Positions 1-12,205 of a stretch of 64,000 bases of DNA are shown one piece after another. Position 1 is the first letter of the stretch, and every line of letters begins with the position of its first letter. The stretch comes from Phycisphaerae bacterium (GTDB lineage Bacteria > Planctomycetota > Phycisphaerae > UBA1845 > Fen-1342): assembly GCA_963666925.2 (NCBI GenBank), contig CAXXTC010000007.1, positions 352,001-416,000 of the forward strand. Direction: 5' to 3'. The notes below the pieces were generated by a model. It did not search any database. It was not told the origin of the DNA and worked only from the letters and a program-made list of their open reading frames with translations. A program made the translations under genes and the position numbers.

Positions 1-364
1 CACCATCGACGCGGAGCAACGCCAGAATCCGCTCCCGGTCGGCCGGCGTGCTCGCGCCGTTACCCCGTAGCGGGATGTTACACCACTCGATCCCCAGTCC
101 GTCCGCCGCCGCCAGCTCAGCCACGCTCTCCGGATGATCCGGATCCAGCAGTGATATCACCCGGCCGATCCCGTATTTCTCGTGCACGTAGGTCAGCTCA
201 CGCGGCGTAACCACGCCGCTGCGATAGAGCCGTCCCGGCACCACCTCGGCAAAACGTTTCGGCACCAGCCTCTGATGCAGCCACCAGCCCAAACTGCCCG
301 CCGCCACCAGCAGAATAATCACGATGACTATCGCCGACCGGCACCGGCTTTTCCTAAAACCCAT
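1..364 (-). CDS. Partial (runs off window): membrane-anchored tyrosine/dual-specificity phosphatase-like protein
   Basis: Hand translation from ATG 364: MGFRKSRCRSAIVIVIILLVAAGSLGWWLHQRLVPKRFAEVVPGRLYRSG...GIGRVISLL. It has a TM anchor and the F..V.PG.LYRSG start typical of this family; the catalytic motif lies outside the window. Confidence 0.6.
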   Translation of the reverse strand, partial: MGFRKSRCRSAIVIVIILLVAAGSLGWWLHQRLVPKRFAEVVPGRLYRSGVVTPRELTYVHEKYGIGRVISLLDPDHPESVAELAAADGLGIEWCNIPLRGNGASTPADRERILALLRVDG

Positions 365-559
365 GCTGCACCCGTGGTAGGGGGGCCAACTCGCACACCT
401 GCTCAGAGTGTAGCCCGTTCACCCGCCCCGGCAACGGCTCACAGCCGGTTCACGCCGACGCTGACCACCGCTACCATGCCACCTCTGCGGGCCGCTCACG
501 CCGGCCGGCCACACGCTTTCGCACTCTCGCGGGAGAACGCTTTGATCCTCGCCTTCGGC

Positions 560-1378
560 ATGTACGAGGAATTATGTCTGCTCGCCGTCGGTGCCGGTGC
601 CGGTTTGCTCGGCGGCCTGCTCGGTGTCGGCGGCGGCATCATCATGATCCCCGCCATGGCCATAATCCTCGGCGACCAGTACGGCCAAAACTCCTTCCAC
701 GTCTACAAGCTCGCCAGTATCACCGCCACTATCGTCCTTTCCGGCCTGGCCTGCTCTCGACACCGCCGCGCCGGCGCCATCGTCACCCCCATGGTCCGCA
801 GCCAGCTCCCCCTCGCTACCCTGGGCGTCATCCTGGGCGTCCTCGTGGCCGGGACCTTCGTAGGTGATTACACCCCCATTCTCCGGCGAATCTTCGGCGG
901 ATTCCTCGAACTGGTCGCGCTCGTCAATGTCTACCAGGCCCTGCTCGCCCGCCGAGGCACCGCCCACCTCGTCGACCGGTGCCCCATGCCACGCCGCTGG
1001 GCACTCCTGGGCACCGTCGTCGGCCTGCCATCCGGCATCATCGCCGGCCTGCTCGGAATCGGCGGCGGAGTCTGGGCCGTACCCGCCCAACGCCTCCTCA
1101 TCGGCGTCCGCATCCGCAACGCCATCGCCAATTCCGCCACCCTCATCGTCGGTATTGCCGTCGCCGCCAACATCAGCCTCAGCCTGCAACTCGCCCGCAT
1201 CGCTCCCGAACAGCAACTCTACCTCACCGGCTGGCGCCTCGCCGCCTGGCTCGTCCCCGGAGCACTCGGCGGAGCCTGGATCGGCGCCGGCCTCACCCAC
1301 CGTCTCCCCACCGGCTGGCTCCGGTACGCTTTCCAGGCCCTCCTCATCGTGAGCGGCCTGCGACTGCTCCTCGGTTGA
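560..1378 (+). CDS. Sulfite exporter TauE/SafE family membrane protein
   Basis: Two GxxxGLLGxGGG motifs and many TM segments; start moved to ATG 560 (MYEELCLL). Confidence 0.85.
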   Translation: MYEELCLLAVGAGAGLLGGLLGVGGGIIMIPAMAIILGDQYGQNSFHVYKLASITATIVLSGLACSRHRRAGAIVTPMVRSQLPLATLGVILGVLVAGTFVGDYTPILRRIFGGFLELVALVNVYQALLARRGTAHLVDRCPMPRRWALLGTVVGLPSGIIAGLLGIGGGVWAVPAQRLLIGVRIRNAIANSATLIVGIAVAANISLSLQLARIAPEQQLYLTGWRLAAWLVPGALGGAWIGAGLTHRLPTGWLRYAFQALLIVSGLRLLLG

Positions 1379-1590
1379 AGAATTCGCCTTTTCCAAGCCC
1401 TACCAACAAAATCCCGGTTGCAGAAACCCCACCGCAGTGAATAAAATATTAAATTCTCGCGTCTCAAGAGGTGCCGAATGGTCCGGCACGCGACGCGGCA
1501 GCCACCTAACCGTTCCCCCCAGGAAAATCTTCGGCAGCTGACCGGCGTCGGGTGGTGCGCACTTCCGCCAGCGAGCCACAGGAAATCTCA

Positions 1591-3495
<1,905 letters not shown>

Positions 3496-3522
3496 AGCGG
3501 ACCTCACGCGTTTGAATCATCC

Positions 3523-3560
3523 CGGGCCCGGCGGTTGTGCCTGCACAACTGCCGGGCCCG
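3523..3560. terminator. GC-rich hairpin downstream of rpsA
   Basis: cgggcccggcggttgtgc-ct-gcacaactgccgggcccg inverted repeat; no strong U-tract. Confidence 0.5.
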
Positions 3561-3662
3561 TCTCATGCGCACACCATCGGAATGGGTGCCCCATCCCGTT
3601 GCACAGCACGGGGTGGGGGGGGCGACATTCTGCCGATGGTGCGAAACTCCCCTGAACGTGTA

Positions 3663-3770
3663 CCGCCCTGCCACTGCTCTGTGAGCAGTGCAAAGCGCAG
3701 CAACGCTTCGCCGCGCCCCTATTCCGGCCGGTAGCCAGCCCCGCCCTGCCACTGCTCTGTGAGCAGTGCA
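3663..3770. repeat. REP-like palindrome family A, two identical 30-bp copies (3663-3692, 3741-3770)
   Basis: ccgccctgccactgctctgtgagcagtgca twice. Related copies at 8209-8239, 20154-20176 (reverse) and the IS-split copy at 14036/15421. Confidence 0.85.
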
Positions 3771-3840
3771 TTCTCAAGTGGGTGGCATGTTCGCCCGCGC
3801 AAACGCCGCATCGCGCCCCTTCGCACAGTGCGCTCTATCG

Positions 3841-5493
3841 CTACAGCTCCGGCCCGCCGTCATACTCGCCATAAACCGTCTTCAGCAACGCCATCATCTC
3901 GCCGACCGTCGCGCGCGCCTCGGCCGCCTCGACGAGCGCCGGCATGACGTTCCCACCGTCGGTCGCAACCTGGCGCAGCGTGTCCAGCGTTTCCTCGACG
4001 CGCTGCTTATCGCGTGACTGCTTCAGCTCTTTGACGCGTTGCATCTGTTCGCGCTCGACGTGCTCGTCGATCTTCAGCGTCTGAATCCGCTCATAGTTCC
4101 GGTCGATGTGCTTGTTCACGCCGACCATGATGCGCTCACCCCGGTCAAACTCGGCGCCGTATTTGTGTGACGAATCGGCAATCGCCCGCCGGAAATACCC
4201 TTGCTCCGTAGCCGGCAGCACGCCGCCGAAGTGGTTGTAAACGTGGTCGATGATATCCTGCGCCTGTTGCTGCACCTGCGTCGTCAGGTTCTCGACGAAA
4301 TAGCTCCCGCCCAGCGGATCTACCGTCCGCGTCACGCCGGTCTCGTCCGCAATGATCTGCTGCGTGCGCAGCGCAATCTTGACGGCATTCTCAGTCGGCA
4401 GCGCCAGCGTCTCGTCCATGCTGTTCGTGTGCAGGCTCTGTGTCCCGCCCAGAACGGCCGCCAGCGCCTGATATGCCACGCGGATGATGTTCACCATCGG
4501 CTGCTGCTCGGTCAGCGAAACGCCCGCCGTCTGGCAATGGCACCGCAGCCACCACGAGCGCTCCTGCTTCGCCTCATACCGATCGCGCATGATATGAGCC
4601 CACATCCGCCGGGCCGCCCGCAGCTTGGCGATCTCCTCGAAAAACTCGTTATGCACATCCCAGAAGAAGCTCAGCCGCGGTGCAAACGCGTCGACGTCCA
4701 GCCCGCGCTTGATCGCCTCTTCCGTATAGCACATGCCATCGGCGATGGTGAACGCCAGCTCCTGCGAGGCGGTAGCGCCGGCCTCGCGAATGTGATACCC
4801 GCTCACGCTCACGGTGTTCCATTGCGGCATGTGGTGCGTGCAATACTCGATCGTGTCGATAACGAGCTTCACGCTCGGCCCCGGCGGAAACACAAACTCG
4901 TTCTGCGCGTGGAACTCCTTCAGAATATCGTTCTGAAGCGTCCCGCGCAGCCGATCCAGCGCCACGCCCTGCTTCCGCGCGACACAAATATAAAACGCCA
5001 GCAAAATGGCCGCCGGCGCGTTGATGGTCATGCTCGTGCTGACTTCGCCCAGGTTGATCCCGTCGAACAAAACCAGCATGTCGTCCAGCGAGCTGATCGC
5101 CACCCCGCATTTGCCCACCTCGCCCAGCGACAGCTTGTCGTCCGAATCCCGCCCCATCAGCGTTGGCAGGTCAAACGCGGTTGACAGCCCCGTCTGCCCG
5201 TGCTCGAGCAGATACTTGAACCGCTCGTTTGTCTGACGGGCCGTACCCATGCCCGCAAACTGCCGCATCGTCCAGATCCGCTGGCGATACATGTCCGGGT
5301 GCATCCCACGCGTAAACGGAAACTGCCCCGGCTGGCCGATGTCGCTGCGATAGTCCGTGTCGGCGATATCTTCCGGCGTGTACACCTGTTTGATCGGTAG
5401 GCCGGACATGGTTGTCGGCACGCTGGTCAGATAGTCGTCCTGAAGGCCGTCGTTCTTATTGGACTGGTCGCCGCGAGCCACACGCGTGCTCAT
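3841..5493 (-). CDS. icmA: B12-dependent acyl-CoA mutase large (substrate-binding) subunit, isobutyryl-CoA mutase type
   Basis: PGQFPFTRG, WTMRQFAG, QNDILKEFHAQ, SVSGYHIREAG, GGTQSLHTNS; no B12-binding domain; Phe/Gln at the MCM Tyr89/Arg207 positions. Confidence 0.8.
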   Translation of the reverse strand: MSTRVARGDQSNKNDGLQDDYLTSVPTTMSGLPIKQVYTPEDIADTDYRSDIGQPGQFPFTRGMHPDMYRQRIWTMRQFAGMGTARQTNERFKYLLEHGQTGLSTAFDLPTLMGRDSDDKLSLGEVGKCGVAISSLDDMLVLFDGINLGEVSTSMTINAPAAILLAFYICVARKQGVALDRLRGTLQNDILKEFHAQNEFVFPPGPSVKLVIDTIEYCTHHMPQWNTVSVSGYHIREAGATASQELAFTIADGMCYTEEAIKRGLDVDAFAPRLSFFWDVHNEFFEEIAKLRAARRMWAHIMRDRYEAKQERSWWLRCHCQTAGVSLTEQQPMVNIIRVAYQALAAVLGGTQSLHTNSMDETLALPTENAVKIALRTQQIIADETGVTRTVDPLGGSYFVENLTTQVQQQAQDIIDHVYNHFGGVLPATEQGYFRRAIADSSHKYGAEFDRGERIMVGVNKHIDRNYERIQTLKIDEHVEREQMQRVKELKQSRDKQRVEETLDTLRQVATDGGNVMPALVEAAEARATVGEMMALLKTVYGEYDGGPEL

Positions 5494-5638
5494 AACTTCT
5501 CCTGTAGCGCTCGGTGGATATGCGCCGCACCGAAACTAACCGGGCGGACTCCTGCGGTCGCGTCCGCTGTGCGGATGGTCTATTCTAACGCGTTCCAGCA
5601 TGGTTTTCACTCCGGTCCCCGCAATAGGAGACGTTTCG

Positions 5639-8176
5639 ATGCGCTATCTGAAGCTGTTTTCAGCCCTATGTGTGGCCCTTATGGCGTCGGCGCAGACGTG
5701 GGGACAGGCGGAATCCATCTCATTCTCCGGGCTGTCAGAGGGCACGCCGGCCACCTCGACCCCACAATTACTCCTGCTCGATCGCGTCGGACGTTACGGC
5801 CGCGCGCCGGTGCACATCGACCCGGCCGAAGCTGCCATCATCCACAACGAGTGGCAGACCCCGCACGCCGGCGACACGCTACGCGGCGCCGACGGTGAAG
5901 ACCACGCTTGGCGCGCCGTCACGCCCACCGACGACGGCTGGATTCGTGACGATGCTCTCTTCGGCGGCTACATTTCCTGGCAACTCAATCTCGACCAATC
6001 GGGCGTCTGGCTGCTCCACGCCCGCGGCCACAGCCTCGTTTACGTCAACGGCCTGCCCCGCGCCGGCGACCCCTACAACACCGGCTGGAGCGTCTTGCCC
6101 GTCTGGCTCCGCGAGGGCGACAACGAGCTGCTGTTCGTCGTCGGACGCGGACAGGTCTGGGCGGAATTACGCTCACCAGACCACACCGTCGGCTTCAATT
6201 CTCGCGACCTGACATTGCCGACTCTCATTCGCGGATCGACCGACCAACCCTGGCTCGGCGTCCCGATCTACAACACGCAGCGCGAACCCGCACGCGGGTT
6301 GGTCGTGACGGCCCAGTATCCCGACGAAACTCAGCTACAAACGCCAATCAGCACGATTCCGCCGCTGGGCATGCACAAAGTCGGCATACAGGTCCCACCC
6401 GCGGGAGAAACATCTGCCCAAGAGCTCAAGGTCGTCCTGCAACTGCACACCACCGCCGAGCCCGACGCCGAACTACTCGACGAACTCGAGGTGAAGCTCG
6501 ACGTCCGTGACGTACACGACCGCCAATCACGCACATTCATCAGCAACATCGACAACAGCGTGCAGTATTTCGCCGTCACCCCGGCCCAGCCCGCGGAGCC
6601 GGACGCCGAACCGCCGGCCGGCCCGCTCGCGCTTTTCCTGACCCTGCACGGCGCGGGCGTCGAAGCCCGTGGTCAGGCCGCCGCCTACCAGCCCAAAACC
6701 TGGGGCCACGTCGTCGCCCCGACCAATCGCCGCCCCTACGGCTTCGATTGGGAGGACTGGGGCCGCATAGACGCCCTCGAAGTCCTCGCCGACGCCCGGC
6801 AAATCTGGGACATCGATCCCCAGCGCATCTACCTCACCGGCCATTCGATGGGTGGCCACGGCGTATGGCAGGTCGGCGTGCAATACACCGATCGCTTCGC
6901 CGCACTCGGACCCAGCGCCGCCTGGTCAGACTTCTGGGCCTATGCCGGAGCCGCCGACTACGAAGACCCCACACCCATCGAGCAAATCCTAAAACGCGCC
7001 ACCCTCCCCAGCCGCACCCGCGAGCTATCACGCAACTACGCCGACACCGGCGTCTACATCCTCCACGGCGGCGCCGACGACAACGTCCCGACCAGTCTCG
7101 GCCGCGACATGGTCAAGCACCTCGCCGAGTTCCATGGCGACTTTACCTACTACGAGCAGCCCGGCGCCGGCCACTGGTGGGGCAATCAGTGCGTTGACTG
7201 GCCGCCGATGTTCAGCTTCTTCAAAGAGCACACCCTGCCCGACCGCGCCGCCGTCAACCACGTCGAGTTTTGCACCGGCAACCCCAACGTCGCGTCCCGT
7301 TGCCACTGGGTCACTATCGCCCAGCAACAGCGTTCCCTTGTGATCAGCCGCGTCGACCTGACCGCCGACCGCGAGCAGTGCAAAATCGTCGGCACCACCG
7401 AGAACGTCGCCCGCCTCGAACTCGACCTCGCCTGCGGCCTGATCGAACCCGCCGACCCACTACAGCTCACGCTCGACGACCAGACGCTGGCCGACATAGC
7501 CTGGCCTGAGGATGGCCAACTTAATCTCGAACACGCTGACGACACCTGGCACGTCGCCGGCCCGCTCGCTCCGCAAATGAAAGGCCCGCACCGCGCCGGA
7601 CCGTTCAAGGCCGCCTTCAACCACAACTTCCTGCTCGTCTACGGCACCCGCGGCACCGCCGATGAAAACGCCGCTCTCTTCAACCAGGCCCGCTACGCCG
7701 CCGAGACCTTCTGGTACCGCGGCAACGGCGCCCCAGAGATGCTGCCCGACACCGATTTCGATCCGCACGACCAGCCCGATAGGGGGGTGATCCTCTACGG
7801 AAACGCCGAAACCAACGCCGCCTGGGAAACGCTGCTCGCCGACAGCCCGATCAAGGTATATCGTGGCCGCGTGATACTCGCGGAGCGGTCGCTCACCGCC
7901 AGCAACTTCGCCTGTCTGCTCGTACGCCCCCGCCCCGGCAGCGACGTGGCCCTCGTCGCTGCCATCGCCGGCACCAGCCTCGAAGGCCAACGCCTGACAG
8001 AACGCCTGCCCTATTTCGTCTCCGGCGTCAGCTATCCCGACTGGATCGTCATCGACACCACGGCATTGGCGGACGGCCCCACAGGTGTCCGCGCCGCCGG
8101 CTTCTTCGCCAACGACTGGTCCTACAAACCGACCGACAGCCCCTTCACCGGCAAACCACCAAAAGAGCCCCGCTAA
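5639..8176 (+). CDS. Secreted alpha/beta hydrolase (prolyl oligopeptidase/esterase-like) with accessory domains
   Basis: Signal peptide; LHGAG, TGHSMGG nucleophile, HGGADDNVP and GAGHWWG triad motifs; AGGAG RBS. Confidence 0.8.
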   Translation: MRYLKLFSALCVALMASAQTWGQAESISFSGLSEGTPATSTPQLLLLDRVGRYGRAPVHIDPAEAAIIHNEWQTPHAGDTLRGADGEDHAWRAVTPTDDGWIRDDALFGGYISWQLNLDQSGVWLLHARGHSLVYVNGLPRAGDPYNTGWSVLPVWLREGDNELLFVVGRGQVWAELRSPDHTVGFNSRDLTLPTLIRGSTDQPWLGVPIYNTQREPARGLVVTAQYPDETQLQTPISTIPPLGMHKVGIQVPPAGETSAQELKVVLQLHTTAEPDAELLDELEVKLDVRDVHDRQSRTFISNIDNSVQYFAVTPAQPAEPDAEPPAGPLALFLTLHGAGVEARGQAAAYQPKTWGHVVAPTNRRPYGFDWEDWGRIDALEVLADARQIWDIDPQRIYLTGHSMGGHGVWQVGVQYTDRFAALGPSAAWSDFWAYAGAADYEDPTPIEQILKRATLPSRTRELSRNYADTGVYILHGGADDNVPTSLGRDMVKHLAEFHGDFTYYEQPGAGHWWGNQCVDWPPMFSFFKEHTLPDRAAVNHVEFCTGNPNVASRCHWVTIAQQQRSLVISRVDLTADREQCKIVGTTENVARLELDLACGLIEPADPLQLTLDDQTLADIAWPEDGQLNLEHADDTWHVAGPLAPQMKGPHRAGPFKAAFNHNFLLVYGTRGTADENAALFNQARYAAETFWYRGNGAPEMLPDTDFDPHDQPDRGVILYGNAETNAAWETLLADSPIKVYRGRVILAERSLTASNFACLLVRPRPGSDVALVAAIAGTSLEGQRLTERLPYFVSGVSYPDWIVIDTTALADGPTGVRAAGFFANDWSYKPTDSPFTGKPPKEPR

Positions 8177-8208
8177 AGCATCTTAAAAAACGATCCATGC
8201 TGCCGCCT

Positions 8209-8239
8209 CCGTGCCACTGCTCTTGAGCAGTGCATTCTC
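8209..8239. repeat. REP-like family A copy (unoccupied IS target site)
   Basis: ccgtgccactgctcttgagcagtgcattctc. Confidence 0.85.
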
Positions 8240-8511
8240 AGGTACCACCGCTCAGACTTGTCAACGCCCGGCGGGTGAAATCGCTCCAGCATCTTCGCCA
8301 CCGGCTGCGCCACCAAGGTGTTGACAAACGCCCGCCTGGCGCTAATAAAAACGCTTTCTACTCGCAGCGCCGCTCATACCGGGCGGTTCGCACGATTTGT
8401 GCAGGCAGTTTGTTCGGCAGGGTGTGGCCTTGCCGGGCTTTTCCCAGAGCGCGGGCGGCGCGTCCCTGTTGACCGGGATCTGACTGACGCCGCCACCAAG
8501 GAGTCAACGTA

Positions 8512-8739
8512 ATGTCCAAGTATAAGGTCGAGGTCGATCGCGAGCTTTGCATCGGCGACGGTGCCTGTGTGGGTGAAGCACCGAACACGTTCGAAATGGA
8601 CGACGACAACATCGCCATCGTCAAGGACGAAAATGGCCACACCGACGAGGAAATCCTCCAGGCGGCCCAGGTTTGTCCGGTCGATGCCATTATTCTGACC
8701 GACACGGAAACCGGCGAAAAGGTCTGGCCCCAGGGCTAG
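8512..8739 (+). CDS. Ferredoxin (single 3Fe-4S/4Fe-4S cluster)
   Basis: CIGDGAC...CPVDAI; AAGGAG RBS. Confidence 0.92.
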   Translation: MSKYKVEVDRELCIGDGACVGEAPNTFEMDDDNIAIVKDENGHTDEEILQAAQVCPVDAIILTDTETGEKVWPQG

Positions 8740-9114
8740 CCACCGCCGCCGGCCGCGGGCACGCTGCCAACCAGCCGCCCGAGGCCAATCCAGCGATCCA
8801 AGCACGCGGGGCGCGTGTCAACCCCGACACGCGCCTTCGCGTGCTTCTATGCTGCGCCGGGTCGGCATAGCGGCGGCTGCGGCAGGCAATAACGACCGTT
8901 TTCCTGGCTGCACATCTTTCACACACGCAGGGCGCAGGGCATAATCACAGTCAGTCCAACGCGAGCCAGGAGTCAACGCGTATGACACTGGTTATGCTTG
9001 TGATAATGTGGTCGCATGAGCCTGCCTGATCGTGGTATGGTCCTTGCGACATGAACTCGTTGGGGTAACGCTTGGTTCCGAGATGGGCCGGCCAGCGGGC
9101 TGGACGGGTGACAC

Positions 9115-10386
9115 ATGATCAGGTTGATAGAAGCTCTGAATTACCGATGTTTGCGCTACGTGCGCCAACATCTGAGCGACTTCCAGATCCTGATCGGCCC
9201 AAACGCGAGCGGCAAAACCACGTTTCTCGACGTAGTGAGCTTCATGAGCGACCTGCTGTCCCAGGGGCTGGACGAGGCGATCACGAATCGCTCCACCGAT
9301 ATACACCATCTGCTCTTTGGCCAGCAGGGAGCACGTTTCGAAGTCGCTGTCGAGTTGGAGATCCCTCAGGATCGTCTCGATCGATTGGAATCCGCGCAGC
9401 CGTTCAAACGAGTACGCTACGAGATATCCGTCGGTCTGGCGTCGGATTCCGGTGAGTACCACATTCTCGATGAACAGGTCATCCTGCGGGGACCTTCCAA
9501 TGCACGTGTTCAACAGAAGATTCTCTTCCCGGATCCAGCCCTGCCGCCCGAGTCCATTATGCACACGCGTGCCAGGACCGACAGTGACGAGCGACGGGTT
9601 GTTCGCAAGGTGTCGGGCGGGAACGACAACTTCTATTCGGAGGTTGCTGAGCGCAAGGGGCGCGGTGGGTGGGCGCCGTCCATAAAACTCGGTCCGCGAA
9701 GGTCGGCCCTGGCGAACATGCCGGAGGACGAGAACCGCTTCCCGGTCTCGACCTGGCTGCGCGACACGCTCATGAACGGCACGCAGAAACTGATGCTCAA
9801 CAGCCTGGCATTACGCCAGAGCAGTCGCCCTGGCCAGGGTCGTCAGTTCAGGCCCGATGGCAGCAACTTGCCGTGGGTAATCCAACATCTCCGGGACACC
9901 GACCCCGAGCGGTACCGCCAGTGGATCAGGCACTTGCAGACTGCGTTGCCCGACATTGAAGACGTCACGACCGTTGAGCTGCCGGATACCAAGCACCGCT
10001 TCTTGCAGATCCAGTACCGTGGCGGGTTGAACGTCCCATCCTGGACAGCCTCTGACGGAACGCTTCGCATGCTGGCTCTGACTCTGCCGGCCTTCTTGCC
10101 GAACCTGGCCGGCATCTACCTCATAGAAGAGCCGGAAAACGGCATTCACCCGATGGCGATGGAGACGGTCTACCAAGCCCTGCGGTCGGTCCACGGTGCT
10201 CAGATTCTGCTCGCGACGCACTCGCCAGTCATTCTTGGCTGCGCCGAGATCGATGAGGTTCTGTGCTTCAAGAAGGATGACTCCGGTGCGACAGACGTCG
10301 TTGCAGGTCGGCAGCATCCCCGTCTGCGTGACTGGCGCGACAGCCTCAACCTGGGCGACCTGTACGCCTCCGGGTTGCTCGGATGA
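9115..10386 (+). CDS. ABC/AAA_21-type ATPase, MAD3-like
   Basis: NYRCLR, Walker A GPNASGKT, SDGTLR signature, IEEPENGIHP, THSP. Confidence 0.8.
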   Translation: MIRLIEALNYRCLRYVRQHLSDFQILIGPNASGKTTFLDVVSFMSDLLSQGLDEAITNRSTDIHHLLFGQQGARFEVAVELEIPQDRLDRLESAQPFKRVRYEISVGLASDSGEYHILDEQVILRGPSNARVQQKILFPDPALPPESIMHTRARTDSDERRVVRKVSGGNDNFYSEVAERKGRGGWAPSIKLGPRRSALANMPEDENRFPVSTWLRDTLMNGTQKLMLNSLALRQSSRPGQGRQFRPDGSNLPWVIQHLRDTDPERYRQWIRHLQTALPDIEDVTTVELPDTKHRFLQIQYRGGLNVPSWTASDGTLRMLALTLPAFLPNLAGIYLIEEPENGIHPMAMETVYQALRSVHGAQILLATHSPVILGCAEIDEVLCFKKDDSGATDVVAGRQHPRLRDWRDSLNLGDLYASGLLG

Positions 10387-11090
10387 GCAGGCGGGACCTG
10401 TTCGTGGTGGTGGCTGATCTTGATGCGGAAAATGTCATCAAGACCCTGCTCAGCACCAGGAAGAAGGCTCTCGGCGTCGCCGTCGACTTCGATCCCGATA
10501 CCGATTTCTTACGCTACAACAAGCGCGATTCCGGCTGCTACCAGGACGCGGTGAGCGTGCTGACACCACCGCGGCGCACGCATGAGCATGCCCTGATCAT
10601 TTTTGACCGGCACGGGTGTGGCGCAGAGAGCGCCGATCGCAAGGCAATTGAGGACGACGTGGAGCGGCGTCTACGCGGCAGTGGCTGGCCCGCAGGAATG
10701 GCCGCCGCCGTCGTAATCGACCCCGAGTTAGAAGCGTGGGTCTGGTCGACGTCGCCGCACGTTGCCAATGTGCTGGGCTGGGGCGAACACAGGAACCGAC
10801 TGCGTCCGTTCCTCGCGGACGCGAGATTGTGGGACGCCCAGACGCACAAGCCGACGCAGCCAAAGGAGGCGGTAAGGTCGGCCGTCAGACATAAGCGGGC
10901 GCGCTTCACCGCCGCGTCCTTTGCGGATCTTGCGGAGAACGTGAGCGTTGATGGCTGCCACGATGAGGCCTTCTGCAAGCTGTGCGAGACCCTGGTGCGG
11001 TGGTTCGGGACAGCAGGCTCTGGCACAGACTCCGGCGAGCCGGAGCTGCCGGACCCGGACACCCGCTCTACTGACTCTTCGAGCGGTTGA
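10383..11090 (+). CDS. MAD4-like / TOPRIM-like partner of the ATPase
   Basis: ATGA overlap with the ATPase; DLFVVVAD, RDSGC, IFDRHGCG, IDPELEAWVW resemble recalled MAD4-family sequences. Confidence 0.6.
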   Translation: MSRRDLFVVVADLDAENVIKTLLSTRKKALGVAVDFDPDTDFLRYNKRDSGCYQDAVSVLTPPRRTHEHALIIFDRHGCGAESADRKAIEDDVERRLRGSGWPAGMAAAVVIDPELEAWVWSTSPHVANVLGWGEHRNRLRPFLADARLWDAQTHKPTQPKEAVRSAVRHKRARFTAASFADLAENVSVDGCHDEAFCKLCETLVRWFGTAGSGTDSGEPELPDPDTRSTDSSSG

Positions 11091-11251
11091 TTCGCATGAG
11101 CAGATATGAATAACGGGTAGCCGATGATGCCTTGACCCCGCCGATCCCACCACAAACCACAACATTCCACACCCCGGCGCCTTTCAGCAAGCTCACACTG
11201 CTGCCATAATCACACCCCCGAATTAACCATACTGATCAGCGAGGTCGCAAA

Positions 11252-12205
11252 GTGCCCGACGCCCTGGTTCTAGAAGGCATCACCAAACGATTCGGCAAGT
11301 TCACCGCCGTCGATCGCTTCGATCTCCGCCTACCCGCCGGCGAGGTCCTCGGCTTCCTCGGCCCCAACGGAGCCGGCAAAACCACCACCATCCGCATGGT
11401 CATGAGCATCATCTACCCCGACTCCGGCCACGTCTCCGTCCTCGGCCACCCGCGCGCGTCCGCCGTCAAGGACCGCATCGGCTACCTCCCCGAAGAACGC
11501 GGCCTCTACCGCAAAATGACCGTCATCGACACCCTGCGCTACATCGGCCGCCTGAAAGGCCTCAGCGGCCGACGCCTCACCGAACGCGTCGCTCACAGCC
11601 TCGACCGCGTCGGCCTCCAGGACTGGGGCCACAAACGCGTCGAGGCCCTCTCCAAGGGCATGTCGCAAAAGCTCCAGTTCGTCGCCTCAATCATCCACCA
11701 GCCCGAGCTCGTCATCCTCGACGAACCTTTCTCCGGCCTCGACCCAATCAACATCGACATGCTCGAACGCCTCATCAGCGACCTCCGCAAACGTGGCGCA
11801 ACCGTCATCTTCTCCACCCACCAGATGAACCAGGCCGAACGCCTCTGCGACCGCATCGTCCTCATCAACCGCGGACACAAGGTCATCGACGGCACCATCA
11901 ACGACGTCCGCTCACAATTCGCCACCCGCGTCGTCGTCATCGACGGCGAAGGCGATTTCAACCGCTTCGAAAACCTCCCCGGCGTCGAACACGCCCACGT
12001 CACCTCCGGACACGCCCGCCTCGAACTAGCCGAAAACGCCGATCCCAAGAGCGTGCTCCACAAGGCCCTCGACCTCGCCCAGATAATGCGTTTCGAGGTC
12101 CAGCGTCCCAACCTCCAGGAGATCTTCGTCAAACTCGTCGGAGCGGAGACACCGCCACCGAACGACCCGGACGCCATCCCCGCAGGAGGGCCGCAACATG
12201 CCTAA
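11252..12205 (+). CDS. ABC transporter ATP-binding protein (NatA/YhaQ-like)
   Basis: GPNGAGKT, LSKGM, ILDEPFSGLDP. Confidence 0.92.
   Translation: MPDALVLEGITKRFGKFTAVDRFDLRLPAGEVLGFLGPNGAGKTTTIRMVMSIIYPDSGHVSVLGHPRASAVKDRIGYLPEERGLYRKMTVIDTLRYIGRLKGLSGRRLTERVAHSLDRVGLQDWGHKRVEALSKGMSQKLQFVASIIHQPELVILDEPFSGLDPINIDMLERLISDLRKRGATVIFSTHQMNQAERLCDRIVLINRGHKVIDGTINDVRSQFATRVVVIDGEGDFNRFENLPGVEHAHVTSGHARLELAENADPKSVLHKALDLAQIMRFEVQRPNLQEIFVKLVGAETPPPNDPDAIPAGGPQHA

Noticed and set aside
182..559. Long N-terminal extension of the TauE ORF
   Set aside because: It overlaps the opposite-strand phosphatase-like gene; family similarity starts near ATG 560.
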